The notes under the pieces are model-generated. The model saw nothing but the letters and a program-made list of their open reading frames with translations. It ran no database searches and was not told the DNA's origin. The position numbers were made by a program, and so were the translations under genes. A stretch of 64,000 bases of DNA from a virus, in IMG/VR virus record IMGVR_UViG_3300037459_000160, positions 40,669-104,668 of that record; one strand, given 5' to 3'. Positions 30,877-40,720 of this stretch are shown one piece after another (the stretch's first letter is position 1; every line of letters begins with the position of its first letter).

Positions 30877-32743
30877 AGAAACGAAAACGGATACGGAATC
30901 GGAATCGGAAAATGTGGATTGGGAAGTGCCCGAAACTACCGAGCAAGTTATCCCGGTTAAAAAACTTCGGCTTGTAATGATCGGTGAGAGTTTTTCGATG
31001 CCCTCGGGATTCGGGCAACAAATGTTGCTGATTGCCGAGGGGCTTTCGAGAAGGGGTTACGAAATTATCGTTGTAACCTCTCAAATTGGATTGCAAAAAA
31101 TAGAAGTGCCCGGCGTCGTTGAGTGGGCATACACCGATATTTTCAATGCTGAAATGCTCGATTCAATCATACATAAACTCGCTCCCGATGTTGTGCTAGG
31201 GTTCTGGCATACGGGCTTTATCGGGAGCCTTATGCAGTTGCGAGGCGTGGCGGCTAATTGCCCGTTTTTCTTCTGGCTCCCGTATGAGGGCAACACGCTA
31301 CCTAAGGAATTTGCTTCGGTATTTCGCGGGATGCCTCAAAACCGAACAATCCATTTGAGCAAGTTTGCCCAAAATTTATGGGCGGGTACTTGCGATTCTG
31401 ATATTGTGATTCCGCACGGGGTTGATAACAAAGCGTTTTGTTTTGATCCCGCGTTTGGACCCGAGCAGAATTCAAAACTTCGGCGAAAGTGGGCCGAGCG
31501 GCTTCGGTTCCCTTTTTACGATGACACGTTTATTGTGTTATGTCTGGATCGAAACATATGGCATAAGCGTTGGGATGCCGTACTTGATTATTGTTCACGA
31601 CTTGAGAGGGCAATTGATAAGCCGGTACGGTTACTTTGCCATGCTCGAAAAGTGCAACCGCAAGCCGAGGGGCACCCGCCCGGCTACGATATTCCTCATC
31701 TGGAAAAAGTGTTCAAGTTTGACAACAAGGTTGCATATACTGATTTTGAATGGCAACGCTCGTTAGAGCGAGAAGAATTGGCCGAGCTTTTGAGGATTTG
31801 TGATATTCGGATTACGTGTTCTCAAGGCGAGGGTTTCGGCATTCCAACGATTGAAGCGGCGGCCGTTGGTTGTTTGCAAGTCGTAAACAACCAAACGACA
31901 ATGCCCGAGCTACTCGGGGCCGATAATCCTATGTTGGTTGAATCGGCCATGACTGAGGATAAAGTTGGGAGCCTTTGGGCTATTCCCGATGTAAGGGAAA
32001 TGGTTGATCGAACAATCTATTTCATTAACAACCCGGTTGAGGCCCAACAGATAATTAAAGAGACCATTAAACACGTTGAGCAATTTGAGGGCGAGAAAGT
32101 TTGTCAACAGTTTGATACACTGTTTAGGCGGGCCGCCGAGTTGCCGAAAGGCGATGCTTGGTACACTTGCCGTTGGGGTATGCAAAACCAAGTGGATGCT
32201 CACAAGATTTTTAGGAACTTGGGAACGGTTATTTCCAAGATCAAGCATAAACCGACAGTGTTAGACGTGGGGGCGTTTACGGGAACTTTCGTTGACGTTG
32301 CGGCCGAGTTTTCGTTGGGGATCGTTGGCATTGAGTGGGATGAAAAAGCGATACAGCGGGCAAGCTCGCGAGCCCGGATGTACATTAAACACCAAAGCCC
32401 AAAAGAAAATTGGCCGGCCGCTAACGTGGTCGTTTTGACTGATCAACTTGAGTTGCTTTATGAGTTGGGGGGCGTTGAGCTAATCGCCGAAACGGTTAAG
32501 CGACTTGCAACGTATCAATGGGCGTTAATTCGGTTCCGGCCGGCGTATAAGTGGGGCGTTCCGGTTGTGAATCCTGAAACCGTTAGAGGCCAACTTGAGG
32601 CGGCCGGAATGATTCGGCGGGAAGATATAGAAAACATCGGCAAGGAAATTACGGACGTATTTGAACATGAAGTTTGGCAGCCTAACGGGGTTGATTCAAC
32701 ATTGCCCGCCGAGCTTGCCAAATCAATGAAAGAGAGGGATTAG
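30863..32743 (+). CDS. GT4 glycosyltransferase fused to a SAM methyltransferase-like domain
   Basis: SGFG, VIPHGVD, RN..HKR, EGFGIP..EA (GT-B); C-terminal VLDVGAFTG and GIE.D. Confidence 0.85.
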   Translation: MSTVEETKTDTESESENVDWEVPETTEQVIPVKKLRLVMIGESFSMPSGFGQQMLLIAEGLSRRGYEIIVVTSQIGLQKIEVPGVVEWAYTDIFNAEMLDSIIHKLAPDVVLGFWHTGFIGSLMQLRGVAANCPFFFWLPYEGNTLPKEFASVFRGMPQNRTIHLSKFAQNLWAGTCDSDIVIPHGVDNKAFCFDPAFGPEQNSKLRRKWAERLRFPFYDDTFIVLCLDRNIWHKRWDAVLDYCSRLERAIDKPVRLLCHARKVQPQAEGHPPGYDIPHLEKVFKFDNKVAYTDFEWQRSLEREELAELLRICDIRITCSQGEGFGIPTIEAAAVGCLQVVNNQTTMPELLGADNPMLVESAMTEDKVGSLWAIPDVREMVDRTIYFINNPVEAQQIIKETIKHVEQFEGEKVCQQFDTLFRRAAELPKGDAWYTCRWGMQNQVDAHKIFRNLGTVISKIKHKPTVLDVGAFTGTFVDVAAEFSLGIVGIEWDEKAIQRASSRARMYIKHQSPKENWPAANVVVLTDQLELLYELGGVELIAETVKRLATYQWALIRFRPAYKWGVPVVNPETVRGQLEAAGMIRREDIENIGKEITDVFEHEVWQPNGVDSTLPAELAKSMKERD

Positions 32744-34939
32744 ATGCCATTTCCGACCCCAACTCTTGATACCAATATTCTCTCATGGGATCAAACGTGT
32801 TCCATGAATTCGCCCTATTCGGCAACTATCCAAGTTACCAACGAAATCGGGCAGTACGATAAATCGTTACGTTGGACCCCCATTAGGATTCGATTGCAAA
32901 CACCCAAGGTTATTTTGGGCGGTGTCTCGTTTGATGCGAGTTGCTTTGAGGGTGATGTTTCTTGGGTGTACGGTTTGATCATGGCCGTTGAGGAAATGGA
33001 GGGCATATCGTCAAAAATGGCAAATCTTTCGGTTCAATCCTTTTTTGCCCGGCTTGCCCGAAAGCCGGTTAATACTGAGGATTTTACCGGAATCGACATT
33101 AAAACCATCTTGGAAACCGTGGCCGAGGTTTACAGCGGTACGCCCCCCGAGTTGTTTGTATTTGAGGATTGCGGCTCGGGCTCAATTTGTGGCGGTCTTT
33201 CGGGGAATAACTTGTTGGAGGAAATGAGACTTGTTGCCCAAGCAGGTAAGGCAACGTTGTTCACTCGGCATGATGGTTTTTTGGTTTCTGAGTGTTGGAA
33301 GGATGAGAGCGACCCGGTAGAAATAGAATTGCCCGATGAGGCGATTTTGTCCGCGAGTTTAACGCGAGGTACCGAAATGGGGCCGACGCGGATCAAAATT
33401 CGTGGTTGCTTTGAAACCCAACTGAAGCAGGGCGAGCAGGAGTTTGGCGACGACCAGAAACAAGACCCGGCCGGCTCTAAGGGCGGAAAAGGCGGAAAGG
33501 GGAAAACGGGCCGAGGTAAGGGTAAGCAAACCATTTGCACCCGAAACGGAATCAATCAACGGGATTTGTGTGCGGCGATTAAAAATCTCAAGGGCAACAA
33601 GGGGGATAATAAGAACGCCGATATAGAAATATTCAACGGGGCGGGTGGGGAAACCTATCAACAAACAAACGAAACTACCGATGGGGAACTTAATATTACG
33701 ATCGGGGGCCCCGAAACGGGCGGGCCCGGTGTTCCCGATTATATGGGGCAGGGGGATTCCGAATTTGACGTTGAGGTTACGGGCAGATTTCAACCCGATA
33801 TTGAGATTGAGAATCCAGGGGCTCAACAAGGGCCGTTGCCCGGCAATCAAGCTCAACTCGGAAAAGGCGGGGTAATGATTCCAGCCTTTACGATGCCGAA
33901 AGGCCCGAGACCGGGCGGGGGCCGCCGAGCGATCGGGGGCGGTTTTTTGCCGGGGGGTGCGGGGAATTCTCTCGCGGGTACCGGGCTACGGGGTACGGGC
34001 TTAAACTCGGCCCTCGGGGGTGCGGGCGGTGGGGGCGGTGGAAGTGGCGGTGCCGGGGCCGGGCCGGCTGGCGGAAAGGGCGTTGTTGGGGGTGGGGGGA
34101 ATAATTCTAACGACAAACACGCGGACGAATCTGAGGAAATTCAAATTGAGATAACCGTTGACGACCCGGATTTACAAGACGAATTCGGGGTTGTCTATGA
34201 ACAAATGGAGAACAAGTACGTTGAGGACAGGTTACGGCTTGAGGAAATCGCAATCCGTAGATTCCAAGAATTCAAAATGAAAAGGAACGCTTGGAATCTT
34301 GATATTGCGTACATGCCGTGTTTACGGCTCAATCAAGTTGTTAGGTTCCGCACGCCGGCAACGATTGACCCAACCGACCTTACAACCGTTATCCAAAAGA
34401 CGGTTACCGGCCTGTTAACGTCGATCAATGTTAACTTTGATCCGAATGTACCGGCCGCGAGTATGAGTATTGTTATTGAGAGCTTTGAGGAAATTGGGGC
34501 AACGATTTACACAAGCCAGGGCGATTTGTTCGGGTTCCGAAAACGGCTCGGTATTGATGGCGTTAGGTGGAAAACTAACGCGGTGGCGAAAGCGATTAAG
34601 AGCGTTGACGGATTGACAATTTTTGAGGGGGCGGCCGTTGGTGATCGGCTTGAGCAAACTTGCAATTTGCGGGCGGGCGAAACGTACACGTTGAGAGCGT
34701 TTGGCGAACAGGACGGGTTAGCCGGTCTTTTGAAACTTGAGGCGTTTGATGTTGGAACGGCAACCCTTATTAGTTCGGCTACGGTTGGTCTCGGCACGGG
34801 TGGCTCGCCGGCCTCGGGTTCCCATTCATTCGTTGCCGTTGGGGGTGATACCCGAATACGGATTGAGCTTGATACAAAGGGCAGTTCTGATTATTGGCGA
34901 GTTGAGGATTGGACGTTGAAACGGATAGTTACAAAGTAA
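32744..34939 (+). CDS. Tail/baseplate hub-like protein with Gly-rich insert and C-terminal beta domain
   Basis: 731 aa ending the structural module; FG......N.Y and P.L..NQVV motifs; long Gly-rich linker. Confidence 0.6.
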   Translation: MPFPTPTLDTNILSWDQTCSMNSPYSATIQVTNEIGQYDKSLRWTPIRIRLQTPKVILGGVSFDASCFEGDVSWVYGLIMAVEEMEGISSKMANLSVQSFFARLARKPVNTEDFTGIDIKTILETVAEVYSGTPPELFVFEDCGSGSICGGLSGNNLLEEMRLVAQAGKATLFTRHDGFLVSECWKDESDPVEIELPDEAILSASLTRGTEMGPTRIKIRGCFETQLKQGEQEFGDDQKQDPAGSKGGKGGKGKTGRGKGKQTICTRNGINQRDLCAAIKNLKGNKGDNKNADIEIFNGAGGETYQQTNETTDGELNITIGGPETGGPGVPDYMGQGDSEFDVEVTGRFQPDIEIENPGAQQGPLPGNQAQLGKGGVMIPAFTMPKGPRPGGGRRAIGGGFLPGGAGNSLAGTGLRGTGLNSALGGAGGGGGGSGGAGAGPAGGKGVVGGGGNNSNDKHADESEEIQIEITVDDPDLQDEFGVVYEQMENKYVEDRLRLEEIAIRRFQEFKMKRNAWNLDIAYMPCLRLNQVVRFRTPATIDPTDLTTVIQKTVTGLLTSINVNFDPNVPAASMSIVIESFEEIGATIYTSQGDLFGFRKRLGIDGVRWKTNAVAKAIKSVDGLTIFEGAAVGDRLEQTCNLRAGETYTLRAFGEQDGLAGLLKLEAFDVGTATLISSATVGLGTGGSPASGSHSFVAVGGDTRIRIELDTKGSSDYWRVEDWTLKRIVTK

Positions 34940-34965
34940 AACATGCTTTGAGATTTCGCCCAATG

Positions 34966-34980
34966 TGATAAGCTCGCCTC
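34966..34980 (+). promoter_or_regulatory. Extended -10 promoter giving a probable leaderless mRNA
   Basis: TG-A-TAAGCT ends 6 nt before ATG 34981; no SD. Confidence 0.45.
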
Positions 34981-35823
34981 ATGGATACGAACCTTGCCGG
35001 ATTCTTAACCGCTCCCCAATTCCGTACAGCCTCGCGGGATGCGGCGTTTTGCTATCTGCTAATGAGGGCAGATATTGCCCTAAGTGAAACTCAAGTTTCG
35101 CGGGCTTTCAAAGAACGTTCCGAGCTTGTATCCGGTTTAAGTGTTTCAACCATTGCCGAACGTGCGGGGCTCCCCGAGATTACCGCCCGGCGTTGCGTTG
35201 ATGAGCTTGTACGGGCCGGTTGGGCTCAATCGGTAAACTTGACCGGGGGCGACGTTGCGTATCGTCTAGGCGTAATTCAGGGCGGTCAAGAGGGGTACTA
35301 CGCTTACGGGGTGCAACCGGGTTCGCCCCGAGCGAGCGACAGCATACGCGAACACTTGGGAAAGTGTAAAGAGGAAATCGCCGGGCTTGAATCCCAACAG
35401 CGGGCCGAATCCCGTAAGCGAACAAATAAACCCCGTGAGCCCGTTAAGAATGACCGTAACGAATTTATTGAACGGTTTCAAGCTGAATACGAAAAGCGAT
35501 ATGGTGAGATCCCAACCGGGTTTGATACTGGAAATTTCGGGAAACCCTCGGGTAAAATTTATGCTAACGCTTCCCAAGTAATTGAACACGCGGGGGATTT
35601 GAATAAAGCGACCGAAGTTATGCAATTCGTTTTTGAAAATTGGTTGGGATTGCAACAGGCATACGGATTCGGGGGTACGCCCGGTATAGGGTTAATGGCT
35701 CACCCGAATTCGTTTGCTTTGTTTCTTGATTGTCTGAGGGGCGGGATTAAGAAAACTCAAAAGGGTATTGGGCAACGGGGGCAAGGCGTTGATTGGGAGG
35801 GTGTTGCAAATGAATACGAATAA
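34981..35823 (+). CDS. Winged-HTH replication initiator-like protein
   Basis: S..TIAERAGL...T.RR.V.EL...GW HTH; upstream of a DnaC-like ATPase. Confidence 0.7.
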   Translation: MDTNLAGFLTAPQFRTASRDAAFCYLLMRADIALSETQVSRAFKERSELVSGLSVSTIAERAGLPEITARRCVDELVRAGWAQSVNLTGGDVAYRLGVIQGGQEGYYAYGVQPGSPRASDSIREHLGKCKEEIAGLESQQRAESRKRTNKPREPVKNDRNEFIERFQAEYEKRYGEIPTGFDTGNFGKPSGKIYANASQVIEHAGDLNKATEVMQFVFENWLGLQQAYGFGGTPGIGLMAHPNSFALFLDCLRGGIKKTQKGIGQRGQGVDWEGVANEYE

Positions 35824-36388
35824 ACTTTTGCAGCATTTGACAATTCCTCGCGTTCATTGGGATGCGAGACTTGCCGAGATTCCGGGCACTTGCCCGCATT
35901 TGCCTAGTGTTACCGATTGGGTTGAGAACGTAGCGACCCGAGTTAATCAGCCCTTTGGTTTGTTACTACTGGGTGAGCCCTCAATGGGTAAATCGGCGAT
36001 TGCGGCTATCTGCTTAAAGGCGGCAGCCTCACGGGGAATTTTCGGGTATTGGGTTAATCATCGGCAATTGCCGGCCCAACGAATTAACAATCAACCTTTT
36101 GACGAAAACCAAACCATTTGGGAAAGGGCTTGTTCGGTTCCCCTCTTGATAATTGATGAGGTACAACTTATTCGCGAAGCGTACACCGAACAAATCCTTG
36201 AGGAATTGGTAAGGATTCGGATTGATGAAAGACTTTGCACGATTTTAACAAGCAATCACTCACCCGATGATTTCAAAACCAAATGGCCGACGTTGTTTGC
36301 CGCGTTGGATGAGGCCGTAAAAATCGTTGTTGTTCGTGGCCATAACTTTCGTAAGGAAATCGCAAAGGAAATCAAGGAACTTAAGTAA
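35810..36388 (+). CDS. DnaC/IstB-like helicase loader ATPase
   Basis: Walker A GEPSMGKS, Walker B LLIIDE, TILTSN, V.G.NFR. Confidence 0.85.
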   Translation: MNTNKLLQHLTIPRVHWDARLAEIPGTCPHLPSVTDWVENVATRVNQPFGLLLLGEPSMGKSAIAAICLKAAASRGIFGYWVNHRQLPAQRINNQPFDENQTIWERACSVPLLIIDEVQLIREAYTEQILEELVRIRIDERLCTILTSNHSPDDFKTKWPTLFAALDEAVKIVVVRGHNFRKEIAKEIKELK

Positions 36389-37645
36389 ATGGATTTGTTG
36401 GGCAAGAGGCTCGTACGTTCGTTGACAGTTGAGCACGACCTTTCGGCATTGACGCGGGCCGGGGTTACCGAGGCCGATATTTTTGATGATGGCCGGGTTG
36501 CCTTTGACTGGATGCTTGGCTTTGTCCGATCAACCGGCAATTGGCCGACAGGAAAACAGGTTGAGGAAAATACAAAAGTTGAGTTGCCCGATGTTCTTGA
36601 CAAATTGGAATACGTTACTGATTTGGTAAGGAAACGGAGCCTTGCCAAGCAAATCGAGCAAACCCTAACTAGCGGCGTATTAACGAATCTTGAAAATCGT
36701 AATCCCGATGAGGCTTTAAGGCTTGCGGGGGAAATGGTTCAAAGATTACGACCGAGAACCAAAGCGGCCCGAGTTAGCCGGTATCGTGAGGGCGGATTGG
36801 CCCGAGTTGAGGCGTATCGCGAGTTGCGGGCACAAGGCGGTCTGTTAGGGCTCCCGACTCCTTGGAAAACATTAAATGAGGCAATTCAAGGATGGGTAAA
36901 CGGTACGTTTAATGTGATAACCGCGATGCAAAGTACCGGCAAAACTTGGATTTGTTGCGTTATTGCCGAACATGCGTTGAGTCTCGGGGCCAAGGTTTTG
37001 TTCATTACTTTGGAAATGGCAACCGCCCGAGTTGAACGGCGGATTGATGCGTTGAGGCACAAAATACCGTGGGATGAATTGAGGGACACAACTATTGATC
37101 TTTTTGGCGAATTGCGTTGGGAGGGTTTGGCCATAAACGATATCCATGGCAAAGGCGATATTTTGATTGCTGATAAGCAACTTGTAAAATACGTGAGCGA
37201 TGCAACAGCCCTTGTGATGGATTATAAACCCGATTTGATTGTGATTGATGGGGGTTACCGATTTCAAACAAAGGGGGGCTCCCCGGGGGCGTGGGAATCA
37301 ACGGTTGCGATCGTTAATGAGTTGCAAGATACGAGCGAGGCAACCGGTATACCTTGGGTCGTTACGACGCAACAGGGCGAGGGCGGGGATAAACTCGATA
37401 ATCAAAAACGGGCGTACAAAGTGCGGTACGGCAAAGAATGGGTAATCAATCCCGATAATGTAATTGAGGCTTTTCAAGACGGCGACTTGAGATTACTTGG
37501 GCAAATGGAATTGCGGACCCTTAAGATACGCGAGGCAGCGGGCGAGCGAGATTCCGAGGGGTTCCGAATTTTTTGGGATCACAAGAATATGAGCTTTGGG
37601 GAAGTGCCCCCGATGACCGATGCGAGCGTTGGAGTTTCCTACTAA
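36389..37645 (+). CDS. dnaB: DnaB-like replicative helicase
   Basis: GLPT.W..LN...G, A..STGKT, FITLEM, IVIDG.Y, Q, K.R motifs. Confidence 0.88.
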   Translation: MDLLGKRLVRSLTVEHDLSALTRAGVTEADIFDDGRVAFDWMLGFVRSTGNWPTGKQVEENTKVELPDVLDKLEYVTDLVRKRSLAKQIEQTLTSGVLTNLENRNPDEALRLAGEMVQRLRPRTKAARVSRYREGGLARVEAYRELRAQGGLLGLPTPWKTLNEAIQGWVNGTFNVITAMQSTGKTWICCVIAEHALSLGAKVLFITLEMATARVERRIDALRHKIPWDELRDTTIDLFGELRWEGLAINDIHGKGDILIADKQLVKYVSDATALVMDYKPDLIVIDGGYRFQTKGGSPGAWESTVAIVNELQDTSEATGIPWVVTTQQGEGGDKLDNQKRAYKVRYGKEWVINPDNVIEAFQDGDLRLLGQMELRTLKIREAAGERDSEGFRIFWDHKNMSFGEVPPMTDASVGVSY

Positions 37646-38004
37646 TGCTTGAGGCTTTGAAAACGTGGGCCAATACCGGGGCGTATGATGATGCCGAACC
37701 TTTGCAAATTCAACGGTTAAGGCTTGAGGATGGGGATACGGTAATTTTGCGGGTGCCGGGCAACGTGAGTCAATTGAGACAAAAGAATTTTACTAAGGTT
37801 GGGAACCAACTTCACGAATTGTTAGGTTGCCCGGTTCTCATAATTCAGAATGATATTGACATTTCAAGAATTACCCGAGAGCAAAGGAAAGTGATACATG
37901 AGGCCCTCGGATCAAATACGACGGGCCCTAAACTCGCCCAAGGAATCAAAACCTTTAATCAAGCCCTCGGAAACTTTAAGGCATCTTATGGGGGCAGAAA
38001 ATGA
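37645..38004 (+). CDS. Hypothetical protein
   Basis: TAATG-coupled start at 37645. Confidence 0.55.
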   Translation: MLEALKTWANTGAYDDAEPLQIQRLRLEDGDTVILRVPGNVSQLRQKNFTKVGNQLHELLGCPVLIIQNDIDISRITREQRKVIHEALGSNTTGPKLAQGIKTFNQALGNFKASYGGRK

Positions 38005-38317
38005 GTTACCCGTTGGGGCACACAATGAGGGTGGTTGTATTGTTCGGCGTTTGGGTGACGCAAAGGTAAGGCAAAGAGTCTACAAAGCGAATCAACCAAA
38101 AGATAGGGCAATAATTCGCCGACTTGTGTTGAGGCATACGGACGGGCCGACGAAACACCCGGCGAGTTTAGGGTTGGCGGCTTACGGCAAGGGAATGCCC
38201 GAGGCTGCGAACCCGTTTAATCAATCAACTGATTTTGAAACGTGGTTGGATTGGTTTGCGGGTTGGCATTATGCGAGGCGAGCAGCGGGAAACCACATTG
38301 AGGGAGATTGCATTTGA
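37988..38317 (+). CDS. Hypothetical protein with an Rmf/CrpP-like C-terminal motif
   Basis: AY..G.....NPF......W..W..GW; start uncertain (37898 or 37988). Confidence 0.45.
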   Translation: MGAENELPVGAHNEGGCIVRRLGDAKVRQRVYKANQPKDRAIIRRLVLRHTDGPTKHPASLGLAAYGKGMPEAANPFNQSTDFETWLDWFAGWHYARRAAGNHIEGDCI

Positions 38318-38538
38318 TGATGTATTGCTTGAGGATGGCTGAAATAATGGCAGAGTTAAAGGTGTTGGCGGAAGAGAACCTTAACACACTTAAACAAAAC
38401 CGATTCAAAGATCCCGAGGATAGTATACGTATGCATGGAAGGATAGACCGTATCAATGAACTCATGAAGTCCATGAACCACGCTTGGGAATATATCCCCG
38501 GTGAGTGGGATGATGAGAAGAAACGGCACAACAAGTGA
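38317..38538 (+). CDS. Hypothetical protein
   Basis: Short helical ORF filling the gap; start uncertain. Confidence 0.45.
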   Translation: MMYCLRMAEIMAELKVLAEENLNTLKQNRFKDPEDSIRMHGRIDRINELMKSMNHAWEYIPGEWDDEKKRHNK

Positions 38539-38544
38539 TTTCAC

Positions 38545-39534
38545 ATGCACTTTGACCAACTCAAAATTGTGCTGGCAAAGCTCGGCGTTAATACCGAGAA
38601 CCTTTATCCTAGCTCGCCCGAGCAAGTGCAAATTTGTTGTCCTCTCGCCCCGTGGTTGCATAAATCCAAAACGGACAAACACCCGAGTTTGTCAATTAAA
38701 TTCGGGGAGCCCCCGACGTTGTACAAATGTTTCGCGTGCCATGAGGGCGGTAAACTTTGGCAACTTGTTGATTCGTACGGGTACCTCGCCAAAAAGCCAG
38801 CGTTGCGGCAACTCGCGGGAACCCTCGCGGCAACCGATGAGCCAAGCATTACCTCGCGGTTGGAAACTATTGCCGAGAGTTTCGACGAATGGGTATTTGA
38901 AAAAGGGCGTACCATACCAAGCCGTTTACACGATTCGATTCTTAATAACTTTCCCCCGGCGTGGGGATTTCCCCGAGCCCGAACTTATTTGCAACGGCGA
39001 CGGGTTACGCTTGAAATGAGCGAGTATTGGGATTTGAGATACGATCCTAAAAACGCTCGTATCATGTTTCCGGTTCGCAATAGGGAAGGCGATTTAATCG
39101 GCGGGGTTGGGCGAACAACGTTGCCCGGTTTTGAGCCTAGGTATTTTAATTATTTTGGTTTCTCGGCCGCAAGTACCCTTGGCGGTGTTAGTCACTTTGC
39201 CCCGTCCCTTAGGATTGGCGTTGCCGAGGGGTTTTTTGACTTGATCAATTGCCATGCGTGGGCCCGTTCGCATGGCATTGATTTATCGTGTACGTGGAAA
39301 GCGGAAACCTCGCCCGAGCAATGCGAGCTTTTGTTGTCGTACGATCGGCCTTTGATTTACTTCTACGATTTTGATGAGGCGGGCAACAAAGGTTGGGCGA
39401 AAGCAAAACAGGCAATGAGTAAAGTTGCGTTTGGAATGAGGCGGGCAAAATGGCAAAACGATTCCCTTGACTTAGGCGGCATGGATCAACTAGAATTTGG
39501 GCTCGCGGTTTCGGCTGCAAAATTGGGCTCGTAA
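38545..39534 (+). CDS. DNA primase (zinc finger + TOPRIM)
   Basis: CP...H...D..PS...CF.C zinc finger; RI.FP, GR, RY, AEGFFD, YDFD.AG. Confidence 0.9.
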   Translation: MHFDQLKIVLAKLGVNTENLYPSSPEQVQICCPLAPWLHKSKTDKHPSLSIKFGEPPTLYKCFACHEGGKLWQLVDSYGYLAKKPALRQLAGTLAATDEPSITSRLETIAESFDEWVFEKGRTIPSRLHDSILNNFPPAWGFPRARTYLQRRRVTLEMSEYWDLRYDPKNARIMFPVRNREGDLIGGVGRTTLPGFEPRYFNYFGFSAASTLGGVSHFAPSLRIGVAEGFFDLINCHAWARSHGIDLSCTWKAETSPEQCELLLSYDRPLIYFYDFDEAGNKGWAKAKQAMSKVAFGMRRAKWQNDSLDLGGMDQLEFGLAVSAAKLGS

Positions 39535-39577
39535 CGAGCATTGTAACCCCATAGTATCTTTTGGAAAGGCTAGTATT

Positions 39578-40636
39578 ATGACAGACGCGATACCCCCGTG
39601 GGCACAATCGGAAACGCCAGCACAACAGCCGGCAGCACAACAACCGGCACAACAGCCGGCACAACAGCCCGTCCCGGCTCCTCAACAGCCGGCACAAGCC
39701 CCGCCCGTTACTAATCCGGCGACAACAGGGCCCATTAACCCGGCTCCACAAGTGGCCCCACAAGCGGTAGCCCCGACAACGGTTGCCACACAACCGGCCC
39801 CGGCTTTCCAACCCCCCGCCAATCCAGCCGTACAAGCCGCCCCGCCCGCCGTGGCGGCTCCCGCGACGGTTGCCCCGGTGCAAACGGCTCCCGCCAATCC
39901 GGCCCCGCAAATGGTTGCACAAGCGGCCCCGGCAGCGGCCCCGCCCATACATCCGGCTGAGAGCTTTCTTGGCCCCGGTGGACTCGGGGGAGATTTGGAA
40001 CAAGACCCAAGCACGGGAGGGGGCAGCGGCATACGGTTATGGTTGCCCAAGTCAACCGCCCGGTACATCGTTTTCCTTACGGAAGGCGATAAAGCCCCGT
40101 TGTTATGGGAACACCAAGTTAAGCTCGGCGAGGGGCAAGGGAAGTTTCAAAATTGGATTTCGTGTTTACAGCCCCTCGGTGTCGCTTGCCCAATGTGTCA
40201 ATTCGCTGAAAGCCACGATGGGACATATCGCCGATACAAAGGCGTTGTGTTTACCATTGTGGATTGCAATGAGTACACCGACAAGGCCGGCGTTAAGCAA
40301 TCAATGCAACGCAAATTGTTGGTTGCCAAGAAAGGCGTTGCCGAGCGGCTCAAACTTCGGTATCAATCTTGCCTTGAGAGGGGGCACGGCTTGCGGGGTG
40401 CGATGTTCAAAGTACACCGAACTAACGACGCGAAAAGCTCGGCCGTTGGCGATGATTTTGAGTATCATTCCAACATTGACTTAAACAGTTTGCCGGAATC
40501 TCAAGAGCTTGATTACGCCGAATTGTTATCACCGAGTGTTGACAAAATGAACGCTTGGGTTCATCGGATTACGCAAGAACTTGGCGGGGGCGTTGCCCCA
40601 ACAGGGGGAGCGACGGGCCCCGGTGTACAGTATTGA
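39578..40636 (+). CDS. ssDNA-binding protein (gp32-like) with long Pro/Ala/Gln N-terminal tail
   Basis: EH...C......CP.C zinc motif, FT.VD, R.L; lies between primase and polymerase. Confidence 0.7.
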   Translation: MTDAIPPWAQSETPAQQPAAQQPAQQPAQQPVPAPQQPAQAPPVTNPATTGPINPAPQVAPQAVAPTTVATQPAPAFQPPANPAVQAAPPAVAAPATVAPVQTAPANPAPQMVAQAAPAAAPPIHPAESFLGPGGLGGDLEQDPSTGGGSGIRLWLPKSTARYIVFLTEGDKAPLLWEHQVKLGEGQGKFQNWISCLQPLGVACPMCQFAESHDGTYRRYKGVVFTIVDCNEYTDKAGVKQSMQRKLLVAKKGVAERLKLRYQSCLERGHGLRGAMFKVHRTNDAKSSAVGDDFEYHSNIDLNSLPESQELDYAELLSPSVDKMNAWVHRITQELGGGVAPTGGATGPGVQY

Positions 40637-40674
40637 CCGCCTGGCTATGGACGCGGGCCCCGAGGTTCCTGGTT

Positions 40675-40690
40675 GTGAAACCGGGTTCAC
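40675..40690. repeat. 16-bp quasi-palindrome copy (GTGAAACCGGGTTCAC) upstream of polA
   Basis: Intergenic exact copy. Confidence 0.9.
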
Positions 40691-40720
40691 TCGGGGTTTT
40701 TAACCTTTGAGGGGGCGTTA

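Noticed and set aside
25982-34939. Diversity-generating retroelement or invertible tail-fibre cassette
   Set aside because: No reverse transcriptase, invertase or duplicated template/variable repeat was seen.
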